Below, one piece after another: positions 1 through 15,008 of a stretch of 64,000 bases of DNA (position 1 is the stretch's first letter; every line of letters starts with the position of its first letter). The stretch spans positions 1,860,001 through 1,924,000 of the forward strand of contig NW_026781955.1 of the NCBI RefSeq assembly GCF_031769215.1. Reading direction: 5' to 3'. The DNA is from Ylistrum balloti (Eukaryota). Under the pieces are notes generated by a model. It did no database searches, was not told the origin of the DNA, and saw only the letters and a list, made by a program, of their open reading frames with translations. A program made the position numbers and the translations under genes.

Positions 1-1911
1 CTTTCTCCTGATGTAAGTGTAACATAACTGTAGTCTTATTATATTATCTATCACAAAGAGGCGGATTGCTTCGGAAATCGTGATGTTGTCTTCTTCTCAT
101 TGTCGTAATACAATTTACATATATTATATATGACATGAAATTCGTGACCTTGTCAATTACCATAATATCACTTAGTCTATTTTCTAAAGCCACGCAGTAT
201 ACATTTATTATCATTAATTATGTTAATTAAGAATAATCAAATGTTGACGATCTTGACCTCTGAACACTAATATCTTTCTAAAATTAGAAGCTTGTATCTA
301 TGCAGAGAATTCAGCACATGTAATCATAATACAGCAAGAAATTTTTAAGTTTTAAACCCAAAACACTACAAAACATATAACAAAACGTTGTATTATACAA
401 GTTACAATTGGAATTTTCGCAGAATATTTAAGATTAAGATATATTGTCCTAATTGATATCTGATTGTTGTACTGTATGGTGTTTTACTGCTACTCTTTGC
501 ACTTCAAGAACGTTTTTATCTGGATTTTTGTCCTATTCATATTTTTTTTATCGTGTTGACGAAATTAATCACGATTTTGCATATCCACCTCTTGTTCTTT
601 TCTTGCTTTTGTCTAATAAAATGGTAAGCTTCTTTGATTTTTTCCACACTTCCGGAATGATTTCAAACACGCTTGAGTAAAGAAAATAATCATCCCCGCG
701 AAGCAGTTTTTGATGCCTAAATGATTCAGAGATAGCAGGAAGCAGCTATTATTGTAGCTAAGTGTACTCCACTGTGTTTTAATGTTAATAAATAACCATC
801 ACATGTGTTGAAAGTTGTTGGATTTCAGTAACTAGTAAAGCATATCAAAATTAAAAGAAAAAGAAATACTGTAAAGGTATATATTTTAGCGATAATTTTA
901 TTTCATGGCGTTTAGCGCTAATTTTCGTGTACTTCATTAAAATATCGAAATTAAATACGTACAATTTCTACATGTCATTGAAAAACCAGCATTGAAGTTA
1001 TTTGTTCGAAACTGATAATGGATTAAAATTTGATTTCGCTAAATTAAGTAATTTTACAGAATACAAGATCATTTGACAGTCATATCTTTATTTGTACTCT
1101 GTTTAACATGATTATTATCATACAACTCGACATGTATTCATTGATATTATAGCATATGTACTACGGCATGCAAAGACGACTTTGGAAATGGTTTTGAGAG
1201 AAGTCCTGGTCCGAATACTCCGTTATAATGATATTGTATATGAAACTTAACACGTCGATTCTGATCCCATGATGTGGGTGTATATGCATTTTGGAATTAC
1301 CTTCGTAAATTATCAGATTTGAGCTACATGACGGGTTCCGTCGAACCTTAACATCAGCGTTTATTCTCCTAACTTTTTTTTATTTTGATCACAGTTTTTC
1401 CTATATTCAGAAATTTTGTTGACATGTCATTACCCTCTATATTTTACACAAGATTATTGAAATAAACATACTCTATCATTTTTGAACATATTTTTATTAC
1501 ATGACAAAGCTTTTCTTTACAATATATATGATACGCACCAACGATACATATATCTAAGTAAGAGTATATCTAAGTAATTAAATAGATATATATATAAGAG
1601 ATGCAAAAAATACTGATTTCTCAGGCCTAATAGACGTGTATCTACCTGCTATCTTGACTTCTAAAATGCAATTTATGTTATAAAATAAAGCTTATACTTT
1701 TGCCTTTCTTACAGATATATGTTTGTAATTTTGGTAACATATTATCTGGAATGGCCGTGGAGGTGGGGGTATAGCTGCGATGACAGTAAATAAAAAAAAA
1801 AAAGTGAAGAATTAAACAAACATATATGAGTACTTGAGTATTTGCAAGTCCATCCAGTAGTTGTGAGGTTGGAATCATCTTTAATAAGTTTCAAGTTCTC
1901 TCAAAATATTT

Positions 1912-4900
1912 TCAATTTCCAGATATCCACCTAAGGAATGGCCTTTTGTTACAAAGACACCTTGTGGATCTGGTCCTGGATATGGCCTGTGTACTTTGAC
2001 AATTTGCTTCTTCCATGGCTATTTCTACATCACACGAATGTAACTGGGCTAGCGTCTCTATGAGTTTCATTTCAAGCAATTTCGCCTCTATGTGCTTTCT
2101 AATGTTTTCGTTCCGAAAGCATGCATGTTTCCTAATGGCCTTTACCACATTTATACATTCTTGGTGACATTTCACTGGATGACAGTTTTCTCTCAGCTGA
2201 AGGAAAAATAAGTCATTAAACTTGATATTGTTTCACAAGATACATTGTATTTGACAACCCAAGATAAATTCCAAAATCGCTCTAAACTGATTATATAAAC
2301 AAAATAAAAACAACATTTTGATAATTTGAAACAAATCTAGAATTACAAATTTAAATTTTAGTTATGCACATGAGGATCTATATCTTTGAAAAGCTTAAAA
2401 ACTTACGATCTTGAGATATAAAATACTTACATATTTGGCTACAATGGCAATATCTGGACCGGTAGTGAAGGAAACACTACAACCATCTATCACGGCATTA
2501 GGATCATTTAGTTGACAACCTGGTAAACCGCCAGAGCTCGTGCATCCCTTAGAAATAGCATTTTCAGCTGGATAAAACTGTAAGAAAGCAAAACACATTT
2601 CGTCCGTTGCCCGAAATCCAAAGGAGGTCGTCTTATTCCTGGATTCTGTGTTATATCTGCAAGTCGTATGAAGTGAGTCACCTGGTCGTATTTGTACATT
2701 GCCGTTCATTCTGAATCATAGAAAATGAGAAATTGTGACGAATATCTTAATTTTCTCTTGAGTTGGAAGTTATATGACATATATCTATTAAGAGTTTTTG
2801 TTTATTTGTATGCATATGTACATTTGTGAATAAGTTTTGTAGGGTGATTGTGTGTGTTTATGCATACTTATATAAGTAATAATTTGCTTTGATAATTGCT
2901 ATATGTGTAATGTCGATGATATTATCAGCGTTCTTGACGGCCCGTCAACACATAAAATGTCATTAGGGCCATCAACAGGTGAAATACACAGCGATCTTAA
3001 ACGAAATAACATCAAACGATCTAAGAATCGTAAATGGTTATACTATCAGAAAAGATGAAAATAGTAAGTCATATCCTATAATATAGATAGAAGGAAAGTC
3101 TGATGGTGTACATTTTTGATTTTACATGTAGCAAATTAAAACCCCGGTATATACGTCATAATGCACATGTCAATGGTAAAATAGAACACACAAAAATAAA
3201 TCCTTTTACAACGGTTTAACAATGAAAATTCACTGACAAATCCTGATGCATGTGGATTTCGGCTGGGACCGAAACTTATGTCGAACAAGTGCTCCTACAA
3301 TACTTAACTTCCATATTTTATTCACCCTGAATTAACTAGAATGACGAAACAGTATTATGAAGCAATGGATTCATTATTTGACTCTTTTGTATCGAAATCT
3401 ATATTTGTATTGCCATGGGCTGTTTACTTGTGGGTCTTTTGTACAATTCTTGAAGTATAACGGGACATGTCCATGTAAAGGCTATTTCTTATAGGTTTTT
3501 ACTCACATCTTGAATGTAAGATTGTCAGAAATAAGAAAAGTACTAAATCTATTGTTTCATAGAGTAAGTGTACCCAGATTATGATATTTATTTTGATCAA
3601 TTCAGACCTTCCTCAGTCGCCTCATTGCTTTCAGAATTTCAATCCTTATTCCTAGAAGGACGAAACAGATGTATGATGCAGTTTGATTCCTTATTTGGAC
3701 ATTTGTATGAGAAAGGTACCAGTTTTCCACTGTGTGCCTTTCATACAAATTTTAAAAATCCTGATATTCGATCGAATGCTTGTCCCATAACAGTACCCTA
3801 AATCATTGTTTAATGAGTATCCTTAACACATTGTTTTCTGTATGCAAACATGTCGGAAATGGTTAATCGGAAATACGAACTAAAAACAGAATCCCGAAAA
3901 TAAGTACTAAATAATAATGATTAAAAGCAACTACAAACTAGTTTACTTTTCCGAAGTGCTCAATACATATCATTTATATTCTCCATATTAGGGAAAACAA
4001 CAGTTCTTATACAGTTTCACAGAAAATTCTAGAAACATACAAACTCACCTATGAAAAACGGTATTTTGAAAGGAGAAATTAGGATTATTCCATAGAGTTC
4101 TTTCTGGCCCTCTACCTTGTCTTTTTAGCGTGACTTTGATCTCTCTACCTAAAAAATTGAAATGTCAGAGAAAACGAGAATAACGACTGTTGACACGGTT
4201 TGGTTCGTTTAATTATTATAATAGTATATGTTAACTCCTCTAACAAAGCTCAGGAAAGAGAAATACTTGAGACTTAACATCATGTTTACGTGATGGGTTT
4301 TCAATATTCCTACTCATTTAACCCGTATTCTTTCACTTATATATGCTTAAAGCATGACCATAACAATAAACTATTATTGTGACATGTCAATGAGATATAA
4401 AACATTATGTTATTATATATAGATAAAAACGATCATTAGACCGGGAAAGCTTATGCAAATTTCTGTTAAATATCACTATGTTTTTGATGATTTATTTCTA
4501 CACCGATAGAATTATATTTTCAGTTATATCTATTTTCCCTGTTAATACAACTTGTTTTTTCCCCTTATTTTATATTACAATACCTGCGTAATGCATGTGG
4601 TCGAAGCTTTGATATACGCTAATTGGCCCCGTCAGCTGGTTTCGTGTACATGAAGATGCACAAGTTCCTTCCACAGCGAAGGACTTTTCTTTCGGTGGAA
4701 TTGATAAATAGATATCACCAATTCTAAAAGTAGATAGGTTATACTGTCGCAGATTTGGAGTTAGAAACAAAGCCATTCCAGATGTATCTGTGAGACCGGT
4801 TCTCCTTAGTGGATTAATCCAGTGAACCTGAATATTGAAAGAAAGAAGATTGAACAAAAAACACACAAGTGAATAGCACATTTGCATAATTAAGAGTAAG

Positions 4901-7900
4901 ATTTAAGAGCCAAACAGTGAATGAAACTGCATCATCCAACTGTTTCGTCCTTATGGGACGCGTCTGTGATGCTAAGGGTCTGTCAAATATATTATTATTA
5001 TTTATCTCGTTATCTATTAGCTATTGGTTGATATTTACACCCTGTAAGCCTTAATCTTACAACATGCTAATAGAAGATGTTTAAAAAACTTCTTGGAACC
5101 ATCCTAAATGGTGTCAAGTGTTAGCACGGTCTATGTTTATTTCAAATTTGACTATAATGATTTTTAATGACTTAACTTGTTGTTTACAACTATTAAGAAT
5201 TGCCTGATCGTACCTGTAAAGAAAGATACCGCCCTCTGTTTGCACCAACACTGAAACCAAGGTGATCAGGATGGCAAAACCCTGATATGCCTGGCTGCCA
5301 TCCAGTAATTATATCCTGACATTTGGGATCTGGCAACATTTCACACGGGTATGGTGAGCCAACAGGATTCTGCAGCTCAGTTGCGGTCACTTCAATACGA
5401 CATATACAGAGATATATAAATGTAGATAAATATGGACTAAGAGTTCTGTGTTGTCATTTAAACAATTTCATTTCACTAGAAATAGGTACCAACTACCAAC
5501 ATTTTATTAACATACATGGTACTTGGTAAAACAGTTTAATATGCTGTAATTGTCTGACAAGATGAACTTTGACCGAAAGGGTGCTTCACGAACTAATAAA
5601 ACTCAGAATGCGCTGCAGAAAATAGTCCTTAATTATTTTTCTACTAATATTGTTTTTTTTATTTCTATACTTCTTTACTTTGACTCATTTTTTCTAGTTG
5701 TAATTGTAATTAGTTAAATATATATCTAGGTATTTATGATATATACAGTTTTACTAATCAGTATTTCAGTAAAGCCCATATCATTACGCCGTAATTGATC
5801 ACGTAAAAAACCAAACACACATGTGTACAGAAAAGGTCCATTTAACTTTGGAATAGCATTGTCATTGTAATAGAAATAAATAACACAAACTCATGGCTGT
5901 TATACATGGTATTTCTTTCACTCTCGTTAGTTGAATCATAAAGCTAATGTTTTTTGTAGCTTTTAAAATATAACGAATGTGGGTGGAAGAAATCCAATAT
6001 ACAAAAAACCCTCGATTTGTATCCTCTATATATGTTTTAATGCATTTCATAAATACGAACCTTATATATACATTCCATCACAGTTAGTTACATAACATGG
6101 ACATTTGTCGATTTACTAGATTTGTCGAACATTGTGGGATTGTGGATGCTAAGGAGTGTTCAGATTTGTTGTAGGTTTTATATATCCTGATTAAAAGAAT
6201 AAGAAAGTCAAATCCGTTACCATTGGTTTTATAAATGCAGCATTCGAAATGATCTAGTTATCATTTTACCGTGCTTGGAAAATGTCGATTTTTGCCATTA
6301 TCTAATCATAGTTAAAGACATTGTCTAGTTATACATGTTTAAATCCTCGGCAAAACCGACGTAACATGCTTCGGTAAGAGATTTATAACATTTATATTAT
6401 AAAATTATTGGAAACTTTGAGTATGTGATATAAGAAATCGACTGAATGATAGAAAATCTTACTTGTTTCACACGCAAAAAGAATCATATGATGTACTATG
6501 TTCTGGTTGTCAAGAATGGCTGTGTCTGCTATCACATGGTAGTCACGGTCTGCTGGAACCTCAAGGTTGACGCACATGAACGTGGCTTCTGTTGCTGGGA
6601 TGGGTATTCTTGGCATCCGAAATTGTAATTGCCGTACACCTATAGCATTATATTACATNNNNNNNNNNNNNNNNNNNNNNNNNNNNNNNNNNNNNNNNNN
6701 NNNNNNNNNNNNNNNNNNNNNNNNNNNNNNNNNNNNNNNNNNNNNNNNNNNNNNNNNNNNNNNNNNNNNNNNNNNNNNNNNNNNNNNNNNNNNNNNNNNN
6801 NNNNNGCCTTACGATGGAATAAAGATATATGTGAAGTAAAAGAACATCGTTTATTTACTTTTTCAAAGTCAAGCTTCCCCTACATTGTTAAATTCAACAT
6901 CTGAAAACGAAAAGTTAATTACGGTAAATTTTTCCCGGTCATCAGCATATATTCCCTTTCGAATAATTTCGCAATTATGTTAATACATGATTATCAACCA
7001 TGAAGTACATGACCCACTTGTCTAAATGATTAACCTGGTGTTTGAGAATTGTAATGTAAATAAAATGCTCCGTACTTGTTCCGTATGAAAAATTTACAGG
7101 TCAACAAGAACTATGGAAGTTATGAGTGATGATGTGACTCTCGTAAAACGTTCCTTACAACATGACATCACGAATGGGGTGATTGATATCTCTGGAAAGA
7201 ATGTGTAAAATGCAAACATGACAGTACCTGGTGCCCTTTAGTCTAAAACTCACCTGAAACGCTAATAGCTGGACATCGCATGCCAGTAGAATCACAGTTC
7301 AACCAGTTACCATTTCTCGCCATACAATTTGCTGAGTTCCAAGGTTCACAAACTCCTGTTGTGCAATTTTGGTGAAAAGGTTTTATAGTGTTAACAATAT
7401 TAATGAATCAGTTTTAATTCTATATTAAAAATTTATCACCTACGGGTTCAGAATCAATATACTGTTAATCGATTTATTTCCCTTGTAGATAAGGACTCTC
7501 GTCTGTCTTAATAATACAAAAAGGTATTGATATAATTTTTTTTACGTTTACTGTAACACCTGAAGCCCTTTTCGTAATATAGCTTCAGTGGGATTTCTAG
7601 AAATGCAAACATGTATCATTTTATATATCTATACAGGATGAACATAAAATACCCTTTGGTAAAACAATGGTTTAATAACTATGAATTCAGAGGTATTTTG
7701 TCCCGAAAAAAGTACAAGGATAATAAGACCATGTGTTCCGGAAGAGTACGTGTCTTCCTTATCATCAACGCAATGACAAAAGTTTTATTTTCCTGCTTTC
7801 TGTCAAATACGGGGATTTGTTAACCTAAATATCCTTTGGCCAGAGGCCGAAGGCAGAAGTATCACATCGGTATCATAAATCCTCTTGTTCACTTGACAAC

Positions 7901-8520
7901 TGGTCAGTAATTGTAATATAACAGTAGATAAATACCAGGATGTCCTGTTGGAGGGCCAGCTGGTGTCGCCCGTATTCTCCATTCACATCTAGGATCACCT
8001 AGCTCGACACCATTGCTTTGACCGTCGCCATCAGAATCATCAAGGCACAACGCCCGAGTCCACGTCTTTGTAGAAAAAATGTAGAGATAAAGATATATAA
8101 TTTGATTCATTTGAGAAGTTTAGCATCTTAAAATTTAAACAAAAGGAGACTAAATACTTTAAATATTGTTTTTGCAACTGTCAATTCCATTTCCCCAAAT
8201 ACCTATGATGCATTACTACTGAAATGCTGGTTAACCATGTTTGATATTCTGCCATTGTTCTTAGCGTTGTCGATAAAATTTTCCGTCTGTAATCATATAG
8301 TCATGTGCAGTTGACTTACCATGCCATTTGCTGCAAATGCAATTCCGAATGGATTTCTTGCTCCTCCTCCTCCCCTGGCCCTATGCCCAACACCAGGCCA
8401 TGGCAAATTAGAGTCACATGGATCAACAATATTGTTGCCATTTGGGATCCGTGTTTGGAATGTTTCAAACGCAGACGAAGCTTCCAAAATGGATAGGATA
8501 AGAACCAAATGGACTTTCAT
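1912..8520 (-). CDS. Secreted temptin-domain + copper type II ascorbate-dependent monooxygenase (DBH/tyramine beta-hydroxylase/MOXD1-like), paralogue A, 564 aa, 9 coding exons: 8320-8520, 7936-8065, 7254-7355, 6463-6639, 5214-5389, 4584-4827, 4049-4148, 2431-2710, 1912-2196
   Basis: All introns are GT-AG with consistent phases; CDS 1695 nt, open. Signal-like N-terminus MKVHLVLILSILEASSA. Temptin motifs IPNG..DPC..GVGH..GGG.RNPFG and LC.DDSDGDG.SNGVELGDP.CEW. Monooxygenase motifs VHHM, GWQPG, QVHW.NP, HMHYAG, DEMC. Exons 3 and 7 are absent from the ORF track and were read from the sequence (GVCEPWNSANC; GREIKVTLKRQG). An assembly gap lies in intron 3. Confidence 0.9.
6659..6805. other. Assembly gap (147 N) in intron 3 of paralogue A
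   Basis: Run of N. Confidence 1.
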
Positions 8521-11159
8521 TGTGGCTACATGCAAACGAACATAGTTCCAGGTAAAATAATCGCTTATATGAAAAAAAAAATCACATGACTTTTAAATGT
8601 AGAAAGACTGTTATTAAAACCCACATTTAGATGTGTGACGTTTCTTATTGTTTCGGCAATTGATCAGCCCAAGCCTCAATAGTTCAAAATTACAACGATA
8701 CAATTAATACGAAAAGACTTCAGTCAAAAGTTAGTAATTGTAAATTAATATAGATAATTAAAGTTACATACCTGTGTACCAATTACATGTAAAGATCAGT
8801 CTACTCCAAGATGTCAAACAAACAGTAGGTCATGTGATATGTAACATCACTACATAATTATTCCGAAGTAAAATATGGAATGCCGTTTGTGCGATAGTAT
8901 TGTACGATGAGACACTAGTATCAGCGTGATTAACCTCAAGCCAAAGCACTCTATTTGAAAGGTTACACTACTTAATTAAATCGACCGCTCAGATGTATAT
9001 GTCGTCGATGAAACAGAAGACACTCACCTTTCCTTGACACCTGGTCCTACTCTCCTTATTCTTTTTTTTTTCAGGAGTATCCGCGCAAAAGTGTTTTCAA
9101 ACTATATTTTGTCCTACCTTAGATAATGTTGAAATGTTGGCACCTTTCTTCGTTGTGGTTGGTTACCTTGCTAAAACGTGATATTGATACACGTGTGGGA
9201 TGATATGTATTGTATTCGTAGCGTAATGAATGTAATTCAGCATCAGAATATTCGTTTAACACTAGTACAACAGTAATGGAAGGAGAAGTGGTGATCATAA
9301 CAAAGGATAACGTTTCATTACACAGGAAGATGATATTACCTCCACAACATTGGCAGCGTATTATTGGTTGTGTTAACAGCGGCTAAAATCATATATATTT
9401 ATTGTTAGACTCACACGTATTATTTAGAATATTTATGATGCCACAATAAAGCAACATTGACAAAGTTATGTCTACACGAAATGCAAAAGTTTTGAGTACA
9501 TTTGTCTTGGGATGATTACGAACTCTTTCCTCGTATCAGCCATTCGAAATGCGACAATAAGATCACTGACTGACTGTTTTAGTCAGAAGTGTCCAGAATA
9601 TGAAGTTCTGTTTATATCGTTTACTTACTTTCAAACAGGTGTCCTCTCCATTATTGTGTCAAATTAAAATAAGATGTGTGTTGGACACCCTAAAGGTATA
9701 TGAATCCGTTTGGTCCCACCGGTCTGCCGTATATCATTTATCAATCCGCAAGATGTGAACTACAGTGTGAATAATTGCTATATTTATGTTAATGGATGTA
9801 GCTTGTGTACGAATATAGATACGAAGTCATAAAGAGCTATCTGTTTCATATAAAGTTTCTCCCATAAAGGAAGTCATTATTAAGGTTATGTTAAGCTGAC
9901 GTTATTGCCTAGTTGTTATATAGACAATTCATTTTATGCAGTGCAAAATTGTATGCACAGGCTGTATTCACATACGCAGCATGAAAAACAGCGTAATTTG
10001 TCTTCTTTAACATTGATGGATCCTATTATCAAAGGTAGACCGCAAATATTTCAGTTCGCAGAAATATGTGACCTTTGTGTAGAAAATTGCAAAATGTTCA
10101 CACTTATCACTTGAATCTTTTAAAAATGACCTGTATGATTATTGTATTTTATTTTTGTTACGACGTTTCTTTTTGTACTTAACTGATATCAGTATTATAT
10201 CACACACACGTATATATATAGTATATCACTAAATTATGCATAAATGAATAAAATGAAAAACTATTGAATTAAAACATTACACGTTATAATTGTAACGGGA
10301 AATTCTACACGCGTAAATGTACTGAGGTGATTTGGTTGTTTTGAAATCAAACTTGATTCTTTTAAATTTCGTGATATTTTTTATATGTTTTATTTCAGTA
10401 GTACTGTATTAAGTTCTTTGAAGATAATTTTGTAAATTAAAACTGGTTGTACAGAAGTCCTTAAATGTAATGGAAAACAATTAATCTAATAGCGACGGTA
10501 TTTGGTATGAACGACCCCACGTTTGATTATTTTTCAACAACGACTTAAAAACACTAGCCATTTTTTTAAAGTCGTTGGGGAAAAATAAAGAGAGAGAAAA
10601 AAAGGAAAGAAAGTCTAAAGTCAAAATAGATAAACCTAGGCCAAATTAGAATAAAATAAAAGCTTACAAGGAGTCTCCTGAAAAGGTAAAAGGTGAATAT
10701 GTCCAGGTGTTCCAGACGAAGAAGCGTTTTCTGGGTTTTCGACGACACCGGCATGTCAATTTTGGTCAATCCAAGTAAATAATAACATGTTTCCAAATGC
10801 CGACAATGTAAACAACAACGGAACCAATAGAAAAACTAATAATTTTCAAATACGCCCAGCTTCATATCGCACAAAGAAACCGTAAAAAAATTCCCAAGAA
10901 TTTCCATGAAGTTGCATTTGTCGAAATCCTGCTTTGCTTTTGTTATTTTGCAGAAAAGCAAGCTGTTAGTTCTTCTGTCGTAGGAAAAGATCGCGGTGAG
11001 CGTCTAATTTACAAGTGTCTATTTTGTTCTTAATTTCAAATTCTGGTGGATACGATTGACCTGGAAAAGGAATCTATTGTTATATAAAGTCAAAACAATC
11101 TGAAAGTGAAATTGAAGATTTCTTTAAGGTCTTCGTGATCTGTTATGCTTTAAATATCG

Positions 11160-11620
11160 ACAGACTGTTTATTCCACTTATTGAGTAAACAGAATCACAA
11201 TAAGACTGTTACTGTGATTTGCTAGTACTATACGTGAGTTAGACAAAAGTTTGGTTGAACAGCTAAACGAGCCAGCAATAAAACGCTGAAAATATTGATT
11301 CCTGTGAAGTTTTAACATCCAGTGTAAATGGGGGAGGTCTGTATCCTTCATACTAAACATGGTTAGCTAGTATTTTTAGTTGTGGTGTCTGGCGTTATCA
11401 AGCAAGCTCAATTCTTTTGTATACAGCAAATGTCATAATGTCTGCAGACTAGGATAAAGTTATCAGATATCTTACCTGCAGGCACAATAACGTACTTTTC
11501 CAACAAATCTAGATTTGGGGATTTAACATTAGCAATTTGCAACATGGTTAAGCTACATGACACTAACAAATTGTGGGTAGCGTCATAGAGCGTGCGATCT
11601 GTCATACCCTACGCATTGAC
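11160..11620 (-). mobile_element. Decayed Penelope-like retroelement reverse-transcriptase fragment (may extend to about 12700)
   Basis: Broken ORFs LEKYVIVPAGKISDNFILVC (cf. KYVIVPADKA.NN..FVC) and DLPHLHWMLKLHRNQYFQRFIAGSFSCSTKLLS (cf. LP.LYW.PKLHK.P...R.IAGS..CSTK.LS); stops and frameshifts. Confidence 0.7.
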
Positions 11621-14600
11621 AGAGAAAGCATCCCCTGAGCACTGATAGAGAAGTCTTGAATAGGTAAAACAGGAAACAGATATGTAAATAATGGGAGATT
11701 AAGATATCAATACTATATATGGTGTTATCAATTATCAGTACAAGTACACTTCGGATAAGTGATCTTTCATCTGTCGCCATAGTGGTGTGGGATTTCCGTA
11801 TTTGAATAAATGAATACATTGCGATGAAGATGTATAGTGATTTATTTGTAAATAAATTAATATAGGAATTACAAAAGTGCAGAGCTGTTAATAATGACGA
11901 CTTGATGACACCGTTCTGTGGGTGTTGTTGCAAGTTGGATAGGCAGATGAGGAAATCTTTGCAGGGCGATTCGGTGCCATATACATTATGTACATGTCGA
12001 GTGTGATACGAACACAGTATATTCTTTCTTCATTCGTGTTTCTGCGTTTCATAAGAAGACACAAGGAAACCTGTGATGTGTGTTATCAATCATTTATGTA
12101 AATAGTGGTGGTTGAATATACAAAATATTGAATAAACAAGCGAAAGTATGTCTGTGTGTACTTTGAACATTTTCATGTAACTACAAAGGTGACTTCATTA
12201 ACACATATTTTAATTGTTTGTGACTGCTGCTACAAACACTACCTGGAAAAGAAACAGAAAATTCTGCATCAATGACCTTCTTATATTGAGATTTTTCAAA
12301 ACACCTAGTCATCGCCTATCTTATACATTTGCAGTTTGTTACAGAATTGGTTTCTACCTCCTGAAAACTTGTCAGCCTTACCTACTTCCGTGACACTTTC
12401 TTGTTTCCGGAACATGGCTTCAGATAATTGAAAATCGAAGCCTCGTAATTGGTAATTCTTTAAGACTTTGAAATATGCCACACCTGGTTCTCCTGTACTT
12501 TTTCATGAATACGTTGACATGTTGTTAATTTCTTGTTTTTTCTCATTAATGTTGGTTTAAAACACTACTGAAAGATCTTGATAAATATCTTAAGACATCT
12601 TGGAATTACAAAAATACTTCAGCATATAAAATTGGTGCATACTATTTAAGATAGGAAACGACGGCTTCAGATCAAACTCAGGAAGGAGCGATTGGTCCGA
12701 CAAAGGTTCTTGTCACATCGACACTATTATACGAATTAATTTCATAGACATTGGTGAATGTTCTATTTGTATCGTTGTTTTTGTTCATTATAATATCAGC
12801 AAAACACCTAAATCCTGTATAACAAAAACTGTGACGGTATTGACGTTTGACGTCGTAATAGAGTTAACAAACGTTCGTCTTATGAAATGAAAATCAGAGC
12901 TTGGTTTAGTTTTTTTTGTTGTAAAACAAACAACAAGAAAATACCAACATGTCAATGTGATCATAATCCAAATTAAAATTCAATAAAATTAGGACTTAAT
13001 ACGAAAAACGTAAGATCTACAAGGAGACCTCTGCGTCTTCAGCTTCATCGTTAACGTCTTGTAATAGACATGACCAATTAGGAAGGTCTTTCTATGTGTA
13101 CGAGAGGAAAATATCTGCTCAGAAAAGTGTCTTCGGTGGGGCTTTGTTATGTTTGTGAAAGTCTCACAAACTGTAGAATACTGCGAAATACACACAGAAG
13201 GATATCCCACCAACTCACATTATACTAAATCAGGACAAACCAGATGTTTCACCAACATAGTGCTTACTGGCTTGCGGAGTGTCTACCATTTTGAAAGAAT
13301 ATGGTATGTTTTTCTAAGGGGACAGAAACCAAAGTTTTCAAACGACGATATACAACTACAGGCAAAAAAATAAACCAATGGAGATATCGAGACGTAAACA
13401 GTTATTTCGAAAGCAGAGAAGTGATTATATTCTAAATAGGCACATCTTACAGTCATACAAAGAGTGCAGGAAGTGAATGTTTACGCCATGCCTGGCTCTC
13501 ATATGCAAGTTGTGTAATTAAGAGCGCTGCGTTTATGACGAAATAATACTCATGTCTTATATGCTTCATAAATTGCAAATCGTAAGTATATCCGGATTAT
13601 AAATAACGGAACCTCCCACCTTAAGTACAGGCATAAAGCGAAATTATTGCGTTCATTGTACCATTAAACGGAAAGCATTACTATACCACCAACGAATGAC
13701 CAATCCAAGGACTTATTTTGAAAATATGAAAATATCCTTTGCATCATACCTCGCATCATATCTGACATCATACCTCGCATCATACCTCGAACGATTCTGT
13801 ATAGCATTTCAAATACCGTTCATTCATAGTATAACTTACGTAATGTGCATAATATGTTTGCTGCATCATATCCAGTGTTTGTTGTTCAAATATTAGACTA
13901 ACGTAAATACCTACATAGCAGAAGAAACTATTTTAAAATATAAGCATCGATATGTACCCATGTTGGTTTTCTTGAATCAAAATTACATAATATTTTTAAT
14001 ATCGTCATACACAATTCGAAAGTTTGTAATTGAATTTTGCTTATTTTTGTAAACATTTCACCAGTCTTATCATCATTAGCTATTAGGAATTTGACAGCAC
14101 GTTTTGAACGTGTATGTGTATGTTGAAAAACGTAATTGTGTGATATATTTTTATGTATTTCTATGTAACTATTATTCAAATGTTAAAATGAAATTATACT
14201 GGTGTATTAAGGCACACAATGACGTTTCGATCTAGCAGTATATTGATACTTTAGTACACGTCTACGTTAATTATCGATTATTATTGTTATTTATGGATTA
14301 ACATTCATTTCTTAAAAGACAACGAGGGCCAGCTATAGATGTTTATAAAAAGAATTTGATAATATGTACCTAAAACATACGTCTATGTTAAATGAAAAAA
14401 CACCTTAATTAGCATACCTTCCAGTGGGGTTTTAATACAAATTGATGTAACAGGAACAATGAATCATCTGGTCGTATTGTTTAGGTTACAAAGAGTATAA
14501 CACAAAAAAGTAATTTATCATACGATTAATCAACAACGAAAGATCATATTCTAAGTCATGACTTCACACAAACAACAAAATTCATTTCTGCATAAAGCAA

Positions 14601-15008
14601 TATATCATCTGAAGACTGTAGTTTCACAGCTGTATGTTGTTCGTCAAATGGAGTACCTATTCTTGTTAAAAAGTCAATCGAGGCGATAAAGGTATGCAGT
14701 AAAGAAACAATATTTCACTACAGATCTGGCAAGGTATAGTATTCTGAATACACTAAAGTTTATGCATATGGATATTGTTAGTATCAACATACCGCCCAGT
14801 ATATTTTACAGGTTAATTAGTGATACAGGAGAGACACGTGTCATTGTTTAGTGTACCTGACTTATGACAAATGCGTATAAATGAATATTTAAATGGTATG
14901 ACACTTGTTCAGTTTGCATAACAACATTACAGCTTACCTTATATCCCATTCTTTCCTAATGTATTTAGAATATTCTTATTTATAGGCTGGGATCATTTAC
15001 CGAGTATA

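Noticed and set aside
3507-3651. Alternative exon 7 for paralogue A (GIRIEILKAMRRLRKV*), correct phases
   Set aside because: Contains two in-frame stops; the true 100-nt exon at 4049-4148 is open and matches the paralogue exon size.
6567-6904. ORFs containing X runs (also 25881-26300)
   Set aside because: Artefacts of reading through N gaps.
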